A stretch of 53,627 nt of DNA from an uncultured Rhodobacterales bacterium (GTDB lineage Bacteria > Pseudomonadota > Alphaproteobacteria > Rhodobacterales > Rhodobacteraceae). The notes beneath the pieces are model-generated. The model searched no databases. It was not told the DNA's origin and saw only the letters and a program-made list of their open reading frames with translations. The DNA is taken from NCBI GenBank assembly GCA_964476515.1, contig CAYZAY010000005.1, positions 1-53,627 of the forward strand. Reading direction: 5' to 3'. This document shows positions 21,225-30,211 of this stretch, piece after piece (the stretch's first letter is position 1; each line of letters starts with the position of its first letter). Both the position numbers and the translations under genes were made by a program.

Positions 21225-21788
21225 ATGGCTGAGCAAAACGCTAACGAATTCCTCGATGATCTGGCCGCTATGGAAGCTGAAGAGTTTGGCGAAAAAGATC
21301 CGACCGAAGAAGAGCTTGAATTTGACGAACTGGAAGCAGTCCGCGCAGAACGCGACGAATTCAAAGACCGGTTTATGCGTGCTTTGGCTGACGCGGAAAA
21401 TTCACGCAAGCGCGCAGACCGGGACCGCCGCGAAGCCGAAAACTACGGTGGCTCTAAATTGGCCCGCGATATGCTGCCGGTTTACGACAACCTTGTTCGC
21501 GCTGTTGAAGCCATGGGTGGTGACGACGAAAACGCATCAGACGCGCTACGCGAAGGCGTTGAGTTGACGCTGAAAGAGCTGCTGCACGTGTTCAAAAAGC
21601 ACGGGATCGAACCTATCCTGCCGGAAGTGGGCGATAAGTTTGACCCACAGGAACATCAGGCGATGTTTGAAGCACCGGTTCCTGGCACCAAAGCTGGGGA
21701 CATCATTCAGGTTTCCGCGACAGGCTTTATGTTGCACGACCGTTTGCTGCGGCCAGCGCAAGTAGGGGTCTCGTCCACGCCCAAATGA
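21225..21788 (+). CDS. grpE: Nucleotide exchange factor GrpE
   Basis: Acidic N-terminus, coiled-coil 'DRFMRALADAENSRKR', and C-terminal 'GFMLHDRLLRPAQVGV'. Confidence 0.9.
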   Translation: MAEQNANEFLDDLAAMEAEEFGEKDPTEEELEFDELEAVRAERDEFKDRFMRALADAENSRKRADRDRREAENYGGSKLARDMLPVYDNLVRAVEAMGGDDENASDALREGVELTLKELLHVFKKHGIEPILPEVGDKFDPQEHQAMFEAPVPGTKAGDIIQVSATGFMLHDRLLRPAQVGVSSTPK

Positions 21789-21819
21789 TGGGTTGGATTT
21801 GAGTATTTTTGGAAAGATG

Positions 21820-21852
21820 AAAAGCGCGTCAGTTTTGGCGTGCTTTTTCTTT
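21820..21852 (+). terminator. Possible intrinsic terminator of hrcA-grpE, embedded in the mutS 3' end
   Basis: A 9-bp stem aaaagcgcg/cgtgctttt (one G-U pair), a 10-nt loop, then 'ttttctttg'. Confidence 0.35.
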
Positions 21853-24477
21853 GAGCGCATAGAGTGCCTGAAGCGCTTCGCGCGGAGTCATTTCGTCTGG
21901 GTGGATGGCGGAAAGCGCATCTTCGATACCTGAAGATTTTGCCCGTGGCGCTGGGGCGGGTGACGGCGTCGCCGCAAACAGCGGAAGATCGTCGATCAGG
22001 GCTTTTTGGGTCGCGCCGCCTTCGCGCTCGCCTTTTTCCAGCGCTTCAAGAACGACGCGGGCGCGGGCGACGACGGCGGGTGGTAATCCGGCAAGCTGGG
22101 CGACCTGAACGCCATAACTTCTGTCGGCTGCGCCCTTGCGAACTTCGTGGAGGAAGATGACTTCGCCGTCCCATTCTTTGACGGCGACCGTGGCATTTTC
22201 GACGCCGTCCAGCTTACTCGATAGCGATGTCATTTCATGGTAGTGCGTCGCGAACAGCGCGCGGGATCGGTTCACATCGTGCAAATGTTCCAACGTGGCC
22301 CATGCGATGGACAGGCCGTCGTAGGTGGCTGTACCGCGGCCAATTTCATCGAGGATCACCAGCGCGCGATCGTCGGCTTGGTTCAGGATCGCGGCGGTTT
22401 CTACCATTTCGACCATGAAGGTCGAGCGTCCACGGGCGAGGTCATCTGACGCTCCAACGCGGCTGAACAACTGGCTGACAACGCCGATTTTTGCTGATCG
22501 GGCCGGAATATAGCTGCCCATTTGGGCAAGAACCGCGATCAGCGCGTTTTGACGTAGGAAGGTCGATTTACCCGCCATGTTCGGACCGGTCAGCAGCCAG
22601 ATTGCAGCATGCTTATCGGCGCTAAGGCCACAGTCGTTGGCTATGAATGGCTCGCCCGTCGCCTTCAGGGATTGTTCGACGACAGGATGGCGGCCGCCTT
22701 CGATGTGAAGTGATCGGGAGTTGTCGACCTCGGGGCGGCACCAGTCTTGGGTACGGGCAAGTTCAGCAAGGGCAATCGCCAGATCGAACTCGGCAAGCCC
22801 CCGCGCGGCGTCGCCAAGGGGGGCGTGTTGTTCAAGAATGGCCTGTCTTAGGCGGGAATAGTGACGTTTTTCGATCTCAATCGCGCGACCGCCGGCATTG
22901 AGGATCTTGGTTTCCATTTCGGACAGGGGCACTGTGGTGAAGCGCACCTGATTGGCGGTTGTTTGGCGATGTTTGAACGTGTCGGACAGGGGCTCGGACA
23001 GCATTTTGTCGGCGTGGGTCGCTGTGACTTCGACAAAATAGCCCAGAACGTTGTTGTGTTTGATCTTGATGCTCTGGATGCCGGTCAGCTTGGCGTATTC
23101 GGCCTGCATTCCAGCGATCACACTGCGGCCTTCGTCGCGCAACCGACGGCAGTCGTCTAGTTCTTCGTCGTAATCGGGGGCGATGAAGCCGCCATCGCGT
23201 GCCAAAAGCGGGGGTTCGCCAACAAGCGCCTGATCGAGCAGGTCGAGAAGCGCGTCGTGGCCAGTGAGCGACTTTGAAGCGGTGGCCAATAGCTTTGGAA
23301 GATCGGCAGGCAGGGTTTGTGAAATGTCAGATGCCTGTTCCAGCGTGTTTCGGATAACCGCAAGGTCCCGCGGTCCTGCCCGATCCAATGACAGCCTGGA
23401 AAGCGCACGATCTAGGTCTGGGACCTTTCGTAGCGAATTGCGCAAACTTTCAGAAATTCGACCCTGTTCCAGTCCAAAAGCCACCGCATCGTGTCTTTCA
23501 CGGATCACATCCAGCACGCGGGACGGGCTGGACAACCGACGCTCAAGAAGGCGCGCGCCCCCTGCGGTAACAGTGCGATCAATCACAGAAATCAGCGATC
23601 CAGCGCGACCACCGGACATTGAACGCGTCAATTCAAGGTTTCTGCGGGTGGCGGCGTCGATCTGCATCGTGCGCGCTTCGGCTTCGCGTACCGGAGGGCG
23701 GAGAAGCGGCAGCTTACCCTTTTGTGTGATCTCTAAGTACTCGACGATGGCCCCCATCGCCCCCATTTCGGCGCGGGTGAATTGGCCGTAGGCCTCTAGC
23801 GTGCCGACATTATACAGCGACGTCAGGCGGCCTTCGGCTGCTGTGCTGTCAAACGCGGCGCGACCCAATGATGTCAGCGCAGCCCCGGATTCAGAGACTA
23901 TTTCCGCCAAATCTGCCTCTTTGCTTTCTGAAACAAGCACCTCTCGCGGGGCGAGACGGGCCAGCTCCGGACCAAAGCGGACGGGTGCGATAGGCATGAC
24001 GTTGAACGAACCCGTAGAAATATCGACCCACGCAAGGGCACATTCATCTCGCACTTCGGCAAATGCGGCCAGAAAGTTGTGGCGGCGGGCTTCTAGCAGG
24101 GATTCTTCGGTCAATGTTCCCGGAGTGACCAAGCGAACCACGTCGCGCTTCACGACAGACTTGTAGCCACGCTTCTTTGCCTCTTCTGGGCTTTCCAGCT
24201 GTTCGCAAACGCCAACGCGAAAACCTTTGCGGATGAGGGTCAGCAAATACCCTTCGGCGGCGTGAACGGGGACGCCACACATGGGGATGTCATCGCCTTC
24301 GTGCTTGCCACGCTTGGTTAATGCAATATCCAACGCTTCGGCCGCTGCAACCGCGTCGTCAAAGAACATCTCGTAAAAATCGCCCATCCGGTAGAACAGC
24401 AGCGCATCAGGATGTGCTTGCTTGATCTCTAGATATTGCGCCATCATAGGCGTTACTTTTGAAGTGTTTGCGCTCAC
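21829..24477 (-). CDS. mutS: DNA mismatch repair protein MutS
   Basis: 'TPMMAQYLEIK', Walker A 'GPNMAGKST', 882 aa. Confidence 0.95.
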   Translation of the reverse strand: MSANTSKVTPMMAQYLEIKQAHPDALLFYRMGDFYEMFFDDAVAAAEALDIALTKRGKHEGDDIPMCGVPVHAAEGYLLTLIRKGFRVGVCEQLESPEEAKKRGYKSVVKRDVVRLVTPGTLTEESLLEARRHNFLAAFAEVRDECALAWVDISTGSFNVMPIAPVRFGPELARLAPREVLVSESKEADLAEIVSESGAALTSLGRAAFDSTAAEGRLTSLYNVGTLEAYGQFTRAEMGAMGAIVEYLEITQKGKLPLLRPPVREAEARTMQIDAATRRNLELTRSMSGGRAGSLISVIDRTVTAGGARLLERRLSSPSRVLDVIRERHDAVAFGLEQGRISESLRNSLRKVPDLDRALSRLSLDRAGPRDLAVIRNTLEQASDISQTLPADLPKLLATASKSLTGHDALLDLLDQALVGEPPLLARDGGFIAPDYDEELDDCRRLRDEGRSVIAGMQAEYAKLTGIQSIKIKHNNVLGYFVEVTATHADKMLSEPLSDTFKHRQTTANQVRFTTVPLSEMETKILNAGGRAIEIEKRHYSRLRQAILEQHAPLGDAARGLAEFDLAIALAELARTQDWCRPEVDNSRSLHIEGGRHPVVEQSLKATGEPFIANDCGLSADKHAAIWLLTGPNMAGKSTFLRQNALIAVLAQMGSYIPARSAKIGVVSQLFSRVGASDDLARGRSTFMVEMVETAAILNQADDRALVILDEIGRGTATYDGLSIAWATLEHLHDVNRSRALFATHYHEMTSLSSKLDGVENATVAVKEWDGEVIFLHEVRKGAADRSYGVQVAQLAGLPPAVVARARVVLEALEKGEREGGATQKALIDDLPLFAATPSPAPAPRAKSSGIEDALSAIHPDEMTPREALQALYALKEKARQN

Positions 24478-24573
24478 AGACTACCCCCCGGTTGTCAGAC
24501 GTGACATTAGAGCCGTGAATCCGCAGGTTAAACCAGAAAATTTGGCTTAAATGGCCAAAGGAAGACGAAACAG

Positions 24574-26829
24574 ATGGCAAAGACAAAATTCACCCGCGAA
24601 GAGGCGCTGGCCTTTCACCTAGAACCAACCCCGGGCAAGTGGGAAGTTCAGGCGACTGTGCCAATGACGACCCAGCGAGATTTGTCTTTGGCCTATTCCC
24701 CCGGTGTGGCGGTCCCTTGTGTGGACATCGCCGAAAATCCCGAGCTGGCGTATGACTACACCAACAAGGGCAATCTGGTTGCCGTGATTTCAAACGGCAC
24801 AGCGGTTCTTGGTCTGGGTAATCTTGGCGCGCTGGGCAGTAAGCCGGTGATGGAAGGCAAGTCGGTTCTGTTTAAGCGGTTTGCGGATGTGAACTCGATC
24901 GACATCGAGCTTGATACCGAAGACGCGGATGAGTTCTGCAAAGCCGTGCGGCTGATGGGGCCGACATTTGGCGGCATCAACCTTGAGGACATCAAGGCGC
25001 CCGAATGCTTCATTATCGAACAGCGCCTGAAGGAAGAAATGGACATTCCGGTCTTCCACGACGACCAGCACGGCACGGCTGTTATCTGTGCGGCGGGTTT
25101 GATCAACGCTCTGCACATTTCAGGTAAAAAAATCAGGGACTGTAAGATCGTTCTGAACGGCGCCGGTGCGGCAGGGATCGCCTGTATCGAGCTGTTGAAA
25201 TCAATGGGTGCGAAGCACGAAAACTGCATCGTATGTGACACCAAGGGCGTGATTTATCAGGGCCGGACCGATGGTATGAACCAGTGGAAATCGGCCCATG
25301 CGACCACCACCGACCTGCGCACACTTGAAGAAGCGATGCAGGGCGCGGACGTGTTTCTTGGTGTGTCGGCCAAGGGTGCTGTGACGCAGGATATGGTTGC
25401 CAACATGGGCGACAATCCGGTGATCTTTGCGATGGCGAACCCTGATCCTGAAATCACTCCGGAAGAAGCGCACGAGGTTCGCGCGGACGCCATCGTTGCG
25501 ACGGGTCGTTCGGATTACCCCAATCAGGTGAATAACGTTCTGGGCTTCCCTTACCTGTTCCGTGGGGCGCTGGACATCCATGCCCGCGCCATCAACGACG
25601 AAATGAAAATCGCCTGTGCAGAAGCGCTTGCTGAATTGGCCCGCGAAGACGTTCCGGACGAGGTCGCGATGGCCTATGGCAAGAAGCTAAGCTTCGGGCG
25701 CGATTACATTATTCCAACACCATTTGACCCGCGTTTGATCTACCGTATTCCACCAGCTGTGGCGCGGGCGGGAATGGATACGGGCGCAGCGCGCCGTCCG
25801 ATTGTTGATATGGAAGCTTACGAAATTGGGCTGAAATCGCGGATGGATCCGACGGCGAACATTCTGCGTAGCCTGAACGCACGGGCGCGCGCTGCACAAG
25901 CACGTATGATTTTTGCCGAGGGCGACGACCCCCGCGTTCTTCGCGCAGCTGTGAACTATCAGCGGGCGGGTATGGGCAAAGCGTTGGTTGTGGGTCGCGA
26001 GGCTGACATCAAAGAAAAGCTGGAAGCCGCCGGAATGGGCGATGCTTTTCGCGAGCTTGAAATTGTTAACGCGGCGAACTCTCGTCATTTGAAAACCTAC
26101 AAGGCATTTCTGTACAAACGCCTGCAGCGCAAGGGCTTTGACCGGTCTGACGTTCACAGGCTCGCGACCCGCGACCGACATGTGTTTTCGTCGCTGATGT
26201 TGGCGCACGGCCATGGGGACGCGCTGGTCACTGGCGCGACGCGGAAATCGGCGCATGTTCTGGGGCTGATCAACCACGTTTTCGACGCCGAAGCCCAGCA
26301 GGGTGCGGTTGGCATTACGGCACTACTTCACAAGGGCCGCGTTGTGCTGATTGGCGATACGCTGGTTCACGAATGGCCGGACGAAGAAGATCTCGCGACC
26401 ATTGCCGAACGCGGGGCCGAAGTTGCCCGCGACCTTGGGCTTGAACCACGCGTTGCGTTCGTTAGCTTCTCGACCTTTGGCTATCCGGTGTCCGAGCGTG
26501 CGCAAAAAATGCATCTTGCGCCAGCGGTGCTTGAATCGCGTGGCGTTGATTTCGAATACGAAGGCGAAATGGCCGTTGACGTTGCCCTGAATGAACAGGC
26601 GATGGCGCAGTATCCGTTCTCTCGTCTGACCGGACCAGCGAACGTGTTGGTTGTTCCGGCTCGTCACTCGGCCTCGATCTCGACCAAGCTGATGCAGGAA
26701 ATGGGCGGCGCTACCGTAATCGGCCCGATCCTGACCGGCGTTGATAAGCCGATTCAGATTTGCTCGACTGTTGCGACGGCGAATGACATTCTGAACATGG
26801 CAATTCTGGCAGCCCACAAAGCGCGGTAA
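24574..26829 (+). CDS. maeB: NADP-dependent malic enzyme (malic enzyme + PTA-like domain)
   Basis: 751 aa. N-terminal malic-enzyme domain ('LSLAYSPGVA', 'VISNGTAVLGLGNLG') and a C-terminal phosphate-acetyltransferase-like domain. Confidence 0.9.
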   Translation: MAKTKFTREEALAFHLEPTPGKWEVQATVPMTTQRDLSLAYSPGVAVPCVDIAENPELAYDYTNKGNLVAVISNGTAVLGLGNLGALGSKPVMEGKSVLFKRFADVNSIDIELDTEDADEFCKAVRLMGPTFGGINLEDIKAPECFIIEQRLKEEMDIPVFHDDQHGTAVICAAGLINALHISGKKIRDCKIVLNGAGAAGIACIELLKSMGAKHENCIVCDTKGVIYQGRTDGMNQWKSAHATTTDLRTLEEAMQGADVFLGVSAKGAVTQDMVANMGDNPVIFAMANPDPEITPEEAHEVRADAIVATGRSDYPNQVNNVLGFPYLFRGALDIHARAINDEMKIACAEALAELAREDVPDEVAMAYGKKLSFGRDYIIPTPFDPRLIYRIPPAVARAGMDTGAARRPIVDMEAYEIGLKSRMDPTANILRSLNARARAAQARMIFAEGDDPRVLRAAVNYQRAGMGKALVVGREADIKEKLEAAGMGDAFRELEIVNAANSRHLKTYKAFLYKRLQRKGFDRSDVHRLATRDRHVFSSLMLAHGHGDALVTGATRKSAHVLGLINHVFDAEAQQGAVGITALLHKGRVVLIGDTLVHEWPDEEDLATIAERGAEVARDLGLEPRVAFVSFSTFGYPVSERAQKMHLAPAVLESRGVDFEYEGEMAVDVALNEQAMAQYPFSRLTGPANVLVVPARHSASISTKLMQEMGGATVIGPILTGVDKPIQICSTVATANDILNMAILAAHKAR

Positions 26830-26832
26830 CTT

Positions 26833-27699
26833 ATGACGATATTCAACCTCGGCTCGATCAACGCGGATGTGTTTTACACGCTACCGCATCTGGTTGGTGC
26901 GGGTGAAACCCTAGCGGCGAGCGCGGTTTACGAAGGGCTTGGCGGTAAGGGCGCGAATATGTCCGTGGCTGCTGCGCAGGCTGGGGCCGACGTTCGCCAC
27001 ATTGGCGCTGTCGGGTTGGATGGCGGTTGGGCGATTGATCGGTTGGCTGGCTTTGGGGTCGAAACCCAGCACATTCAGCTTTCCAGCGAAAAGACGGGCC
27101 ACGCTATTATTATGGTCGACGAAGGCGGTGAAAACGCAATTGTTCTGTACCCTGGTGCCAATGCAGCAATCACCGAAAGGGCGATTTCAGCGGCGTTAGA
27201 GACTGGTTCGGCGGGCGATATACTGCTTTTGCAGAACGAAACGAACGCTCAACAATTTGCGGCAAAGACTGCAAAAGAGCGGGGAATGAAGGTGGCTTAT
27301 GCCGCTGCGCCGTTTGATGCTGATGCCGTCAGTGCGGTTCTTCCCTACCTCGGCTTCCTGGTTTTGAACGAGGTTGAGGCCGAGCAGTTAGAGGCCGCAA
27401 CAGACCTAAAGCCCAACCAGCTGTCGGTTTCAGATGTGGTTGTAACGCTCGGATCAAAAGGGTGTCGCTGGTACGCGAATTCGGCGGGAACAGAGACTGA
27501 ATTTGCCGCGATGCGCGTTGAGCCTGTTGATACCACAGGCGCTGGCGACACGTTTACCGGATACGTTTTGGCGGCACTGGATAATGAGGCCGAAATGCCC
27601 GAGGCGATTGATCTGGCAACGAAAGCAGCCGCGATCATGGTGACCTGCAAGGGGACCGCCGATGTTATCCCTTCATTGGACGATGTTCTCGCGTTCTGA
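26833..27699 (+). CDS. PfkB-family carbohydrate kinase (ribokinase-like)
   Basis: 'LGGKGANMSVAAAQAG' and 'DTTGAGDTFTGYVLAAL' PfkB signatures. It starts 4 nt after the maeB stop. Confidence 0.75.
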   Translation: MTIFNLGSINADVFYTLPHLVGAGETLAASAVYEGLGGKGANMSVAAAQAGADVRHIGAVGLDGGWAIDRLAGFGVETQHIQLSSEKTGHAIIMVDEGGENAIVLYPGANAAITERAISAALETGSAGDILLLQNETNAQQFAAKTAKERGMKVAYAAAPFDADAVSAVLPYLGFLVLNEVEAEQLEAATDLKPNQLSVSDVVVTLGSKGCRWYANSAGTETEFAAMRVEPVDTTGAGDTFTGYVLAALDNEAEMPEAIDLATKAAAIMVTCKGTADVIPSLDDVLAF

Positions 27700-27735
27700 T
27701 CTTGGCACGGCTGTCGATTGTGCTAGCGTCGCGGC

Positions 27736-28647
27736 ATGACTGAAAATGTGACCACCCACCAAGCCGAAGAAGATGCCCGCAACGAGAGCATCCTCATTTA
27801 TGTTAACGGAGACCTGAAGCCGCGCGCCGAAGCTACGGTTAGCGTCTATGATTCCGGCTTTATGCTGGGCGATGGCGTCTGGGAGGGGCTGAGGCTCTAC
27901 GACGGGTGCTGGGCTTTTATCGACGAGCATTTGGACAGGCTTTTCGGGGCGGTCAAAGCGATTGATCTGGACATCGGCATGGACCGTGACGGGGTCAAGG
28001 CGGCAATCGAAGCGACCCGCCAAGCGAACGGCATGACAACCGACGCCCACGCGCGGGTTATGGTAACGCGAGGCACGAAAATTCGCCCGTTCCAGCATCC
28101 TGGTCTTAGCCGCAGCGGCCCTAGCTTCGTTATTATTATGGAGCATTCCAAGCCCAAGATCCCACGGCCTATCAATTTGGCGACAGTCCCCCATGTGCGC
28201 GGGCTGCCCATGACGCAGGATCCGAAACTGAATTCTCACTCAAAGCTCAACTGCATTCTGGCTTGTATAGCCGCTGAGAAGGCTGGTGCAGATGAGGCGC
28301 TGATGCTTGATATCAATGGGTTCGTGAACACCACCAATGCTTGCAACTTTTTCATCGTGAAAAAGGGCGCGGTTTGGACCAGCACGGGCGATTACTGCAT
28401 GAACGGGATCACGCGGCAAAAGGTGATTGATGTATGCCGCGCCGACGGCATTCCGGTTTATGAGCGGAACTATTCCTTGGTTGATACTTACGACGCGGAC
28501 GAAGCGTTTTTGACCGGAACGTTCGGCGCGCAAACTCCGGTGGGTGAAATTGACGGGCGGATGATTGGTGCTGGCCAGATGGGTCCAATGACTGAGCGCA
28601 TTCGCGGGCTATATAAAGCGCTGGTCGCAAAGGAGTGCGGGCATTGA
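27736..28647 (+). CDS. Class IV (fold type IV) PLP aminotransferase
   Basis: Similar to branched-chain/D-amino-acid aminotransferases ('VSVYDSGFMLGDGVWEGLRLY', 'KLNCILACIAAEKAGADEALMLD', 'EAFLTGT'). Confidence 0.8.
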   Translation: MTENVTTHQAEEDARNESILIYVNGDLKPRAEATVSVYDSGFMLGDGVWEGLRLYDGCWAFIDEHLDRLFGAVKAIDLDIGMDRDGVKAAIEATRQANGMTTDAHARVMVTRGTKIRPFQHPGLSRSGPSFVIIMEHSKPKIPRPINLATVPHVRGLPMTQDPKLNSHSKLNCILACIAAEKAGADEALMLDINGFVNTTNACNFFIVKKGAVWTSTGDYCMNGITRQKVIDVCRADGIPVYERNYSLVDTYDADEAFLTGTFGAQTPVGEIDGRMIGAGQMGPMTERIRGLYKALVAKECGH

Positions 28648-29360
28648 AAATCGCGATGTGGAGCGGGCCTCGGAATCTGTCGACGGCCATGATGTATTCG
28701 TTTGGCGCACGGTCAGATTGCGCAGTCGTTGATGAGCCCTTTTACGCGGCGTATCTAGAGCGCACCGGAATTCAGCACCCGATGCGGGACGAAATCCTTG
28801 AATCCCGTACGGCGGATGTGGACAAAGTAGTTGCGTCACTATTAGGCACTAATCCCGCCCAAAAGCCGCATTTTTATCAAAAACACATGACACAGCACAT
28901 GGTCCAAGGGGTGCCTCGGGGGTGGATGTCTGATGTGGTGAACGTGTTCCTGATCCGTCATCCCGCACGCGTGGTGGCGAGCTTTGCCAAGAAGTACCCT
29001 GCTGTAGTGGAATCCGATATCGGCTTTTTGCAGCAGGTCGAGCTTTATAACCACGTACTTTCGCTTGGGCAGGAGCCGGTTGTGATCGACAGCGCAGATA
29101 TTCGGGAAGACCCAGAGGGCCGACTAACCGAGCTTTGTGAAGCGATCGGAATTTCTTGGGATCCGTCGATGCTTAGCTGGCCCGCTGGGGGTCATGCCGA
29201 CGACGGCATTTGGGCCGCGCATTGGTATGATGCGGTGCACCGCTCGACAGGGTTTGCCGACGCCGAAGGCCCCTTGCCCCGGCTGACAGGTCGGTTGGCC
29301 GAATTGGTCGAAAGCGTGCTGCCAGCCTATAACCAAATGGCCAGTCGCAAGATCGGTTAA
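28635..29360 (+). CDS. Sulfotransferase-fold (P-loop-like) protein of unknown substrate
   Basis: 'MWSGPRNLSTAM' resembles a 5'-PSB loop and 'FLIRHPARVVASF' a 3'-PB motif. Candidate starts GTG 28635 / TTG 28644 overlap the upstream stop (28645-28647). Confidence 0.55.
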   Translation: MRALKIAMWSGPRNLSTAMMYSFGARSDCAVVDEPFYAAYLERTGIQHPMRDEILESRTADVDKVVASLLGTNPAQKPHFYQKHMTQHMVQGVPRGWMSDVVNVFLIRHPARVVASFAKKYPAVVESDIGFLQQVELYNHVLSLGQEPVVIDSADIREDPEGRLTELCEAIGISWDPSMLSWPAGGHADDGIWAAHWYDAVHRSTGFADAEGPLPRLTGRLAELVESVLPAYNQMASRKIG

Positions 29361-29480
29361 GCATGCAGGGGACGGCGGCAACAGCACGCTTCGAGGACAC
29401 GAAACGTTAGAAGTGATGTCAAAAGGTCGACACCCCATTGAGATTGCAGAATGGAGCGCCGATGATTTCATATTCTAAGA

Positions 29481-29897
29481 CTAAGTCTTGGCGCCTTCAT
29501 ACGCATGTGAAAACGCGTCTCTTAGGTCGCTGGCACCGGTAATTTCACCGGTAGCTATTTGTTCACCCACCAATCGCTCGGCCTGAAAACAGGCTTGAAC
29601 ATGGGCGTTTAGCAACCACAGAATTTGTCGAAGCTGGTCTTTGCCAACGACCTCCCAACCGGAAAGCGCTTTCCATGCTACAGGGCCTGCGATGGTGCCA
29701 AGCTCAAGATTGGTAAGCAGCGACGTCATTTCGGCCCGCGTGGTGCGATCGCTTTGAAACCGAGCATCTTGGGTTACGTTGACGCCGCTGTTTTCACATA
29801 GCCAGCGATGCTCAGAAAGAAGCAGCATCAAGCGGGCTTGTGCAGTTTTTGTTGCTGCTTCGGGGGTAACGATCTGGCTGAAATCGATATTGGTCAT
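29481..29897 (-). CDS. Hypothetical protein, DUF4376-like (phage tail-fibre accessory/assembly-like)
   Basis: 138 aa with a 4-nt overlap with the upstream ORF. The pattern '...RFQSDRTTRAEMTSLL...VAWKALSGWEVVGKDQLRQILWLLNAHVQACF' resembles DUF4376 as I remember it; this has not been searched. Confidence 0.5.
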   Translation of the reverse strand: MTNIDFSQIVTPEAATKTAQARLMLLLSEHRWLCENSGVNVTQDARFQSDRTTRAEMTSLLTNLELGTIAGPVAWKALSGWEVVGKDQLRQILWLLNAHVQACFQAERLVGEQIATGEITGASDLRDAFSHAYEGAKT

Positions 29898-30202
29898 TTG
29901 TAGACGCGCTCGACTTTGCTCAGGTCAATCAAACCATTGCGGTCTTGTTGAAGCTTGCCCGGAAAGCGTTGGTTTGTCGGCGCGTCGGGTCCAAGGGGAA
30001 GCAAGATCGCAACGTGGATTTGCCCGCTTTGTCTTGTGACGGGTCCGGCGAACCAATCAGAATTTATGGCAGCTACAGGCAGCGTGACGCCTTCTTCTAC
30101 CGAAGAGAAATCAAATTCATCTCCGTTAACCTCTAAAACATCGTCAGTCATTCGGAGTGTCAGGGTTTTTTCGCTTCGTTGCGGGTGCAGTGTGAAAATC
30201 AC
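29894..30202 (-). CDS. Hypothetical small protein (tail-fibre module)
   Basis: 102 aa, beginning 9 nt after the fibre gene stop, same strand, tightly packed. I recognise no domain. Confidence 0.5.
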   Translation of the reverse strand: MIFTLHPQRSEKTLTLRMTDDVLEVNGDEFDFSSVEEGVTLPVAAINSDWFAGPVTRQSGQIHVAILLPLGPDAPTNQRFPGKLQQDRNGLIDLSKVERVYK

Positions 30203-30211
30203 GATGTTCCC

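Noticed and set aside
24541-24559. Inverted repeat tttggc-N7-gccaaa just upstream of the maeB RBS.
   Set aside because: The stem is only 6 bp and AT-rich at its ends. It matches no known operator or the sigma-54 consensus, so it could easily be chance.
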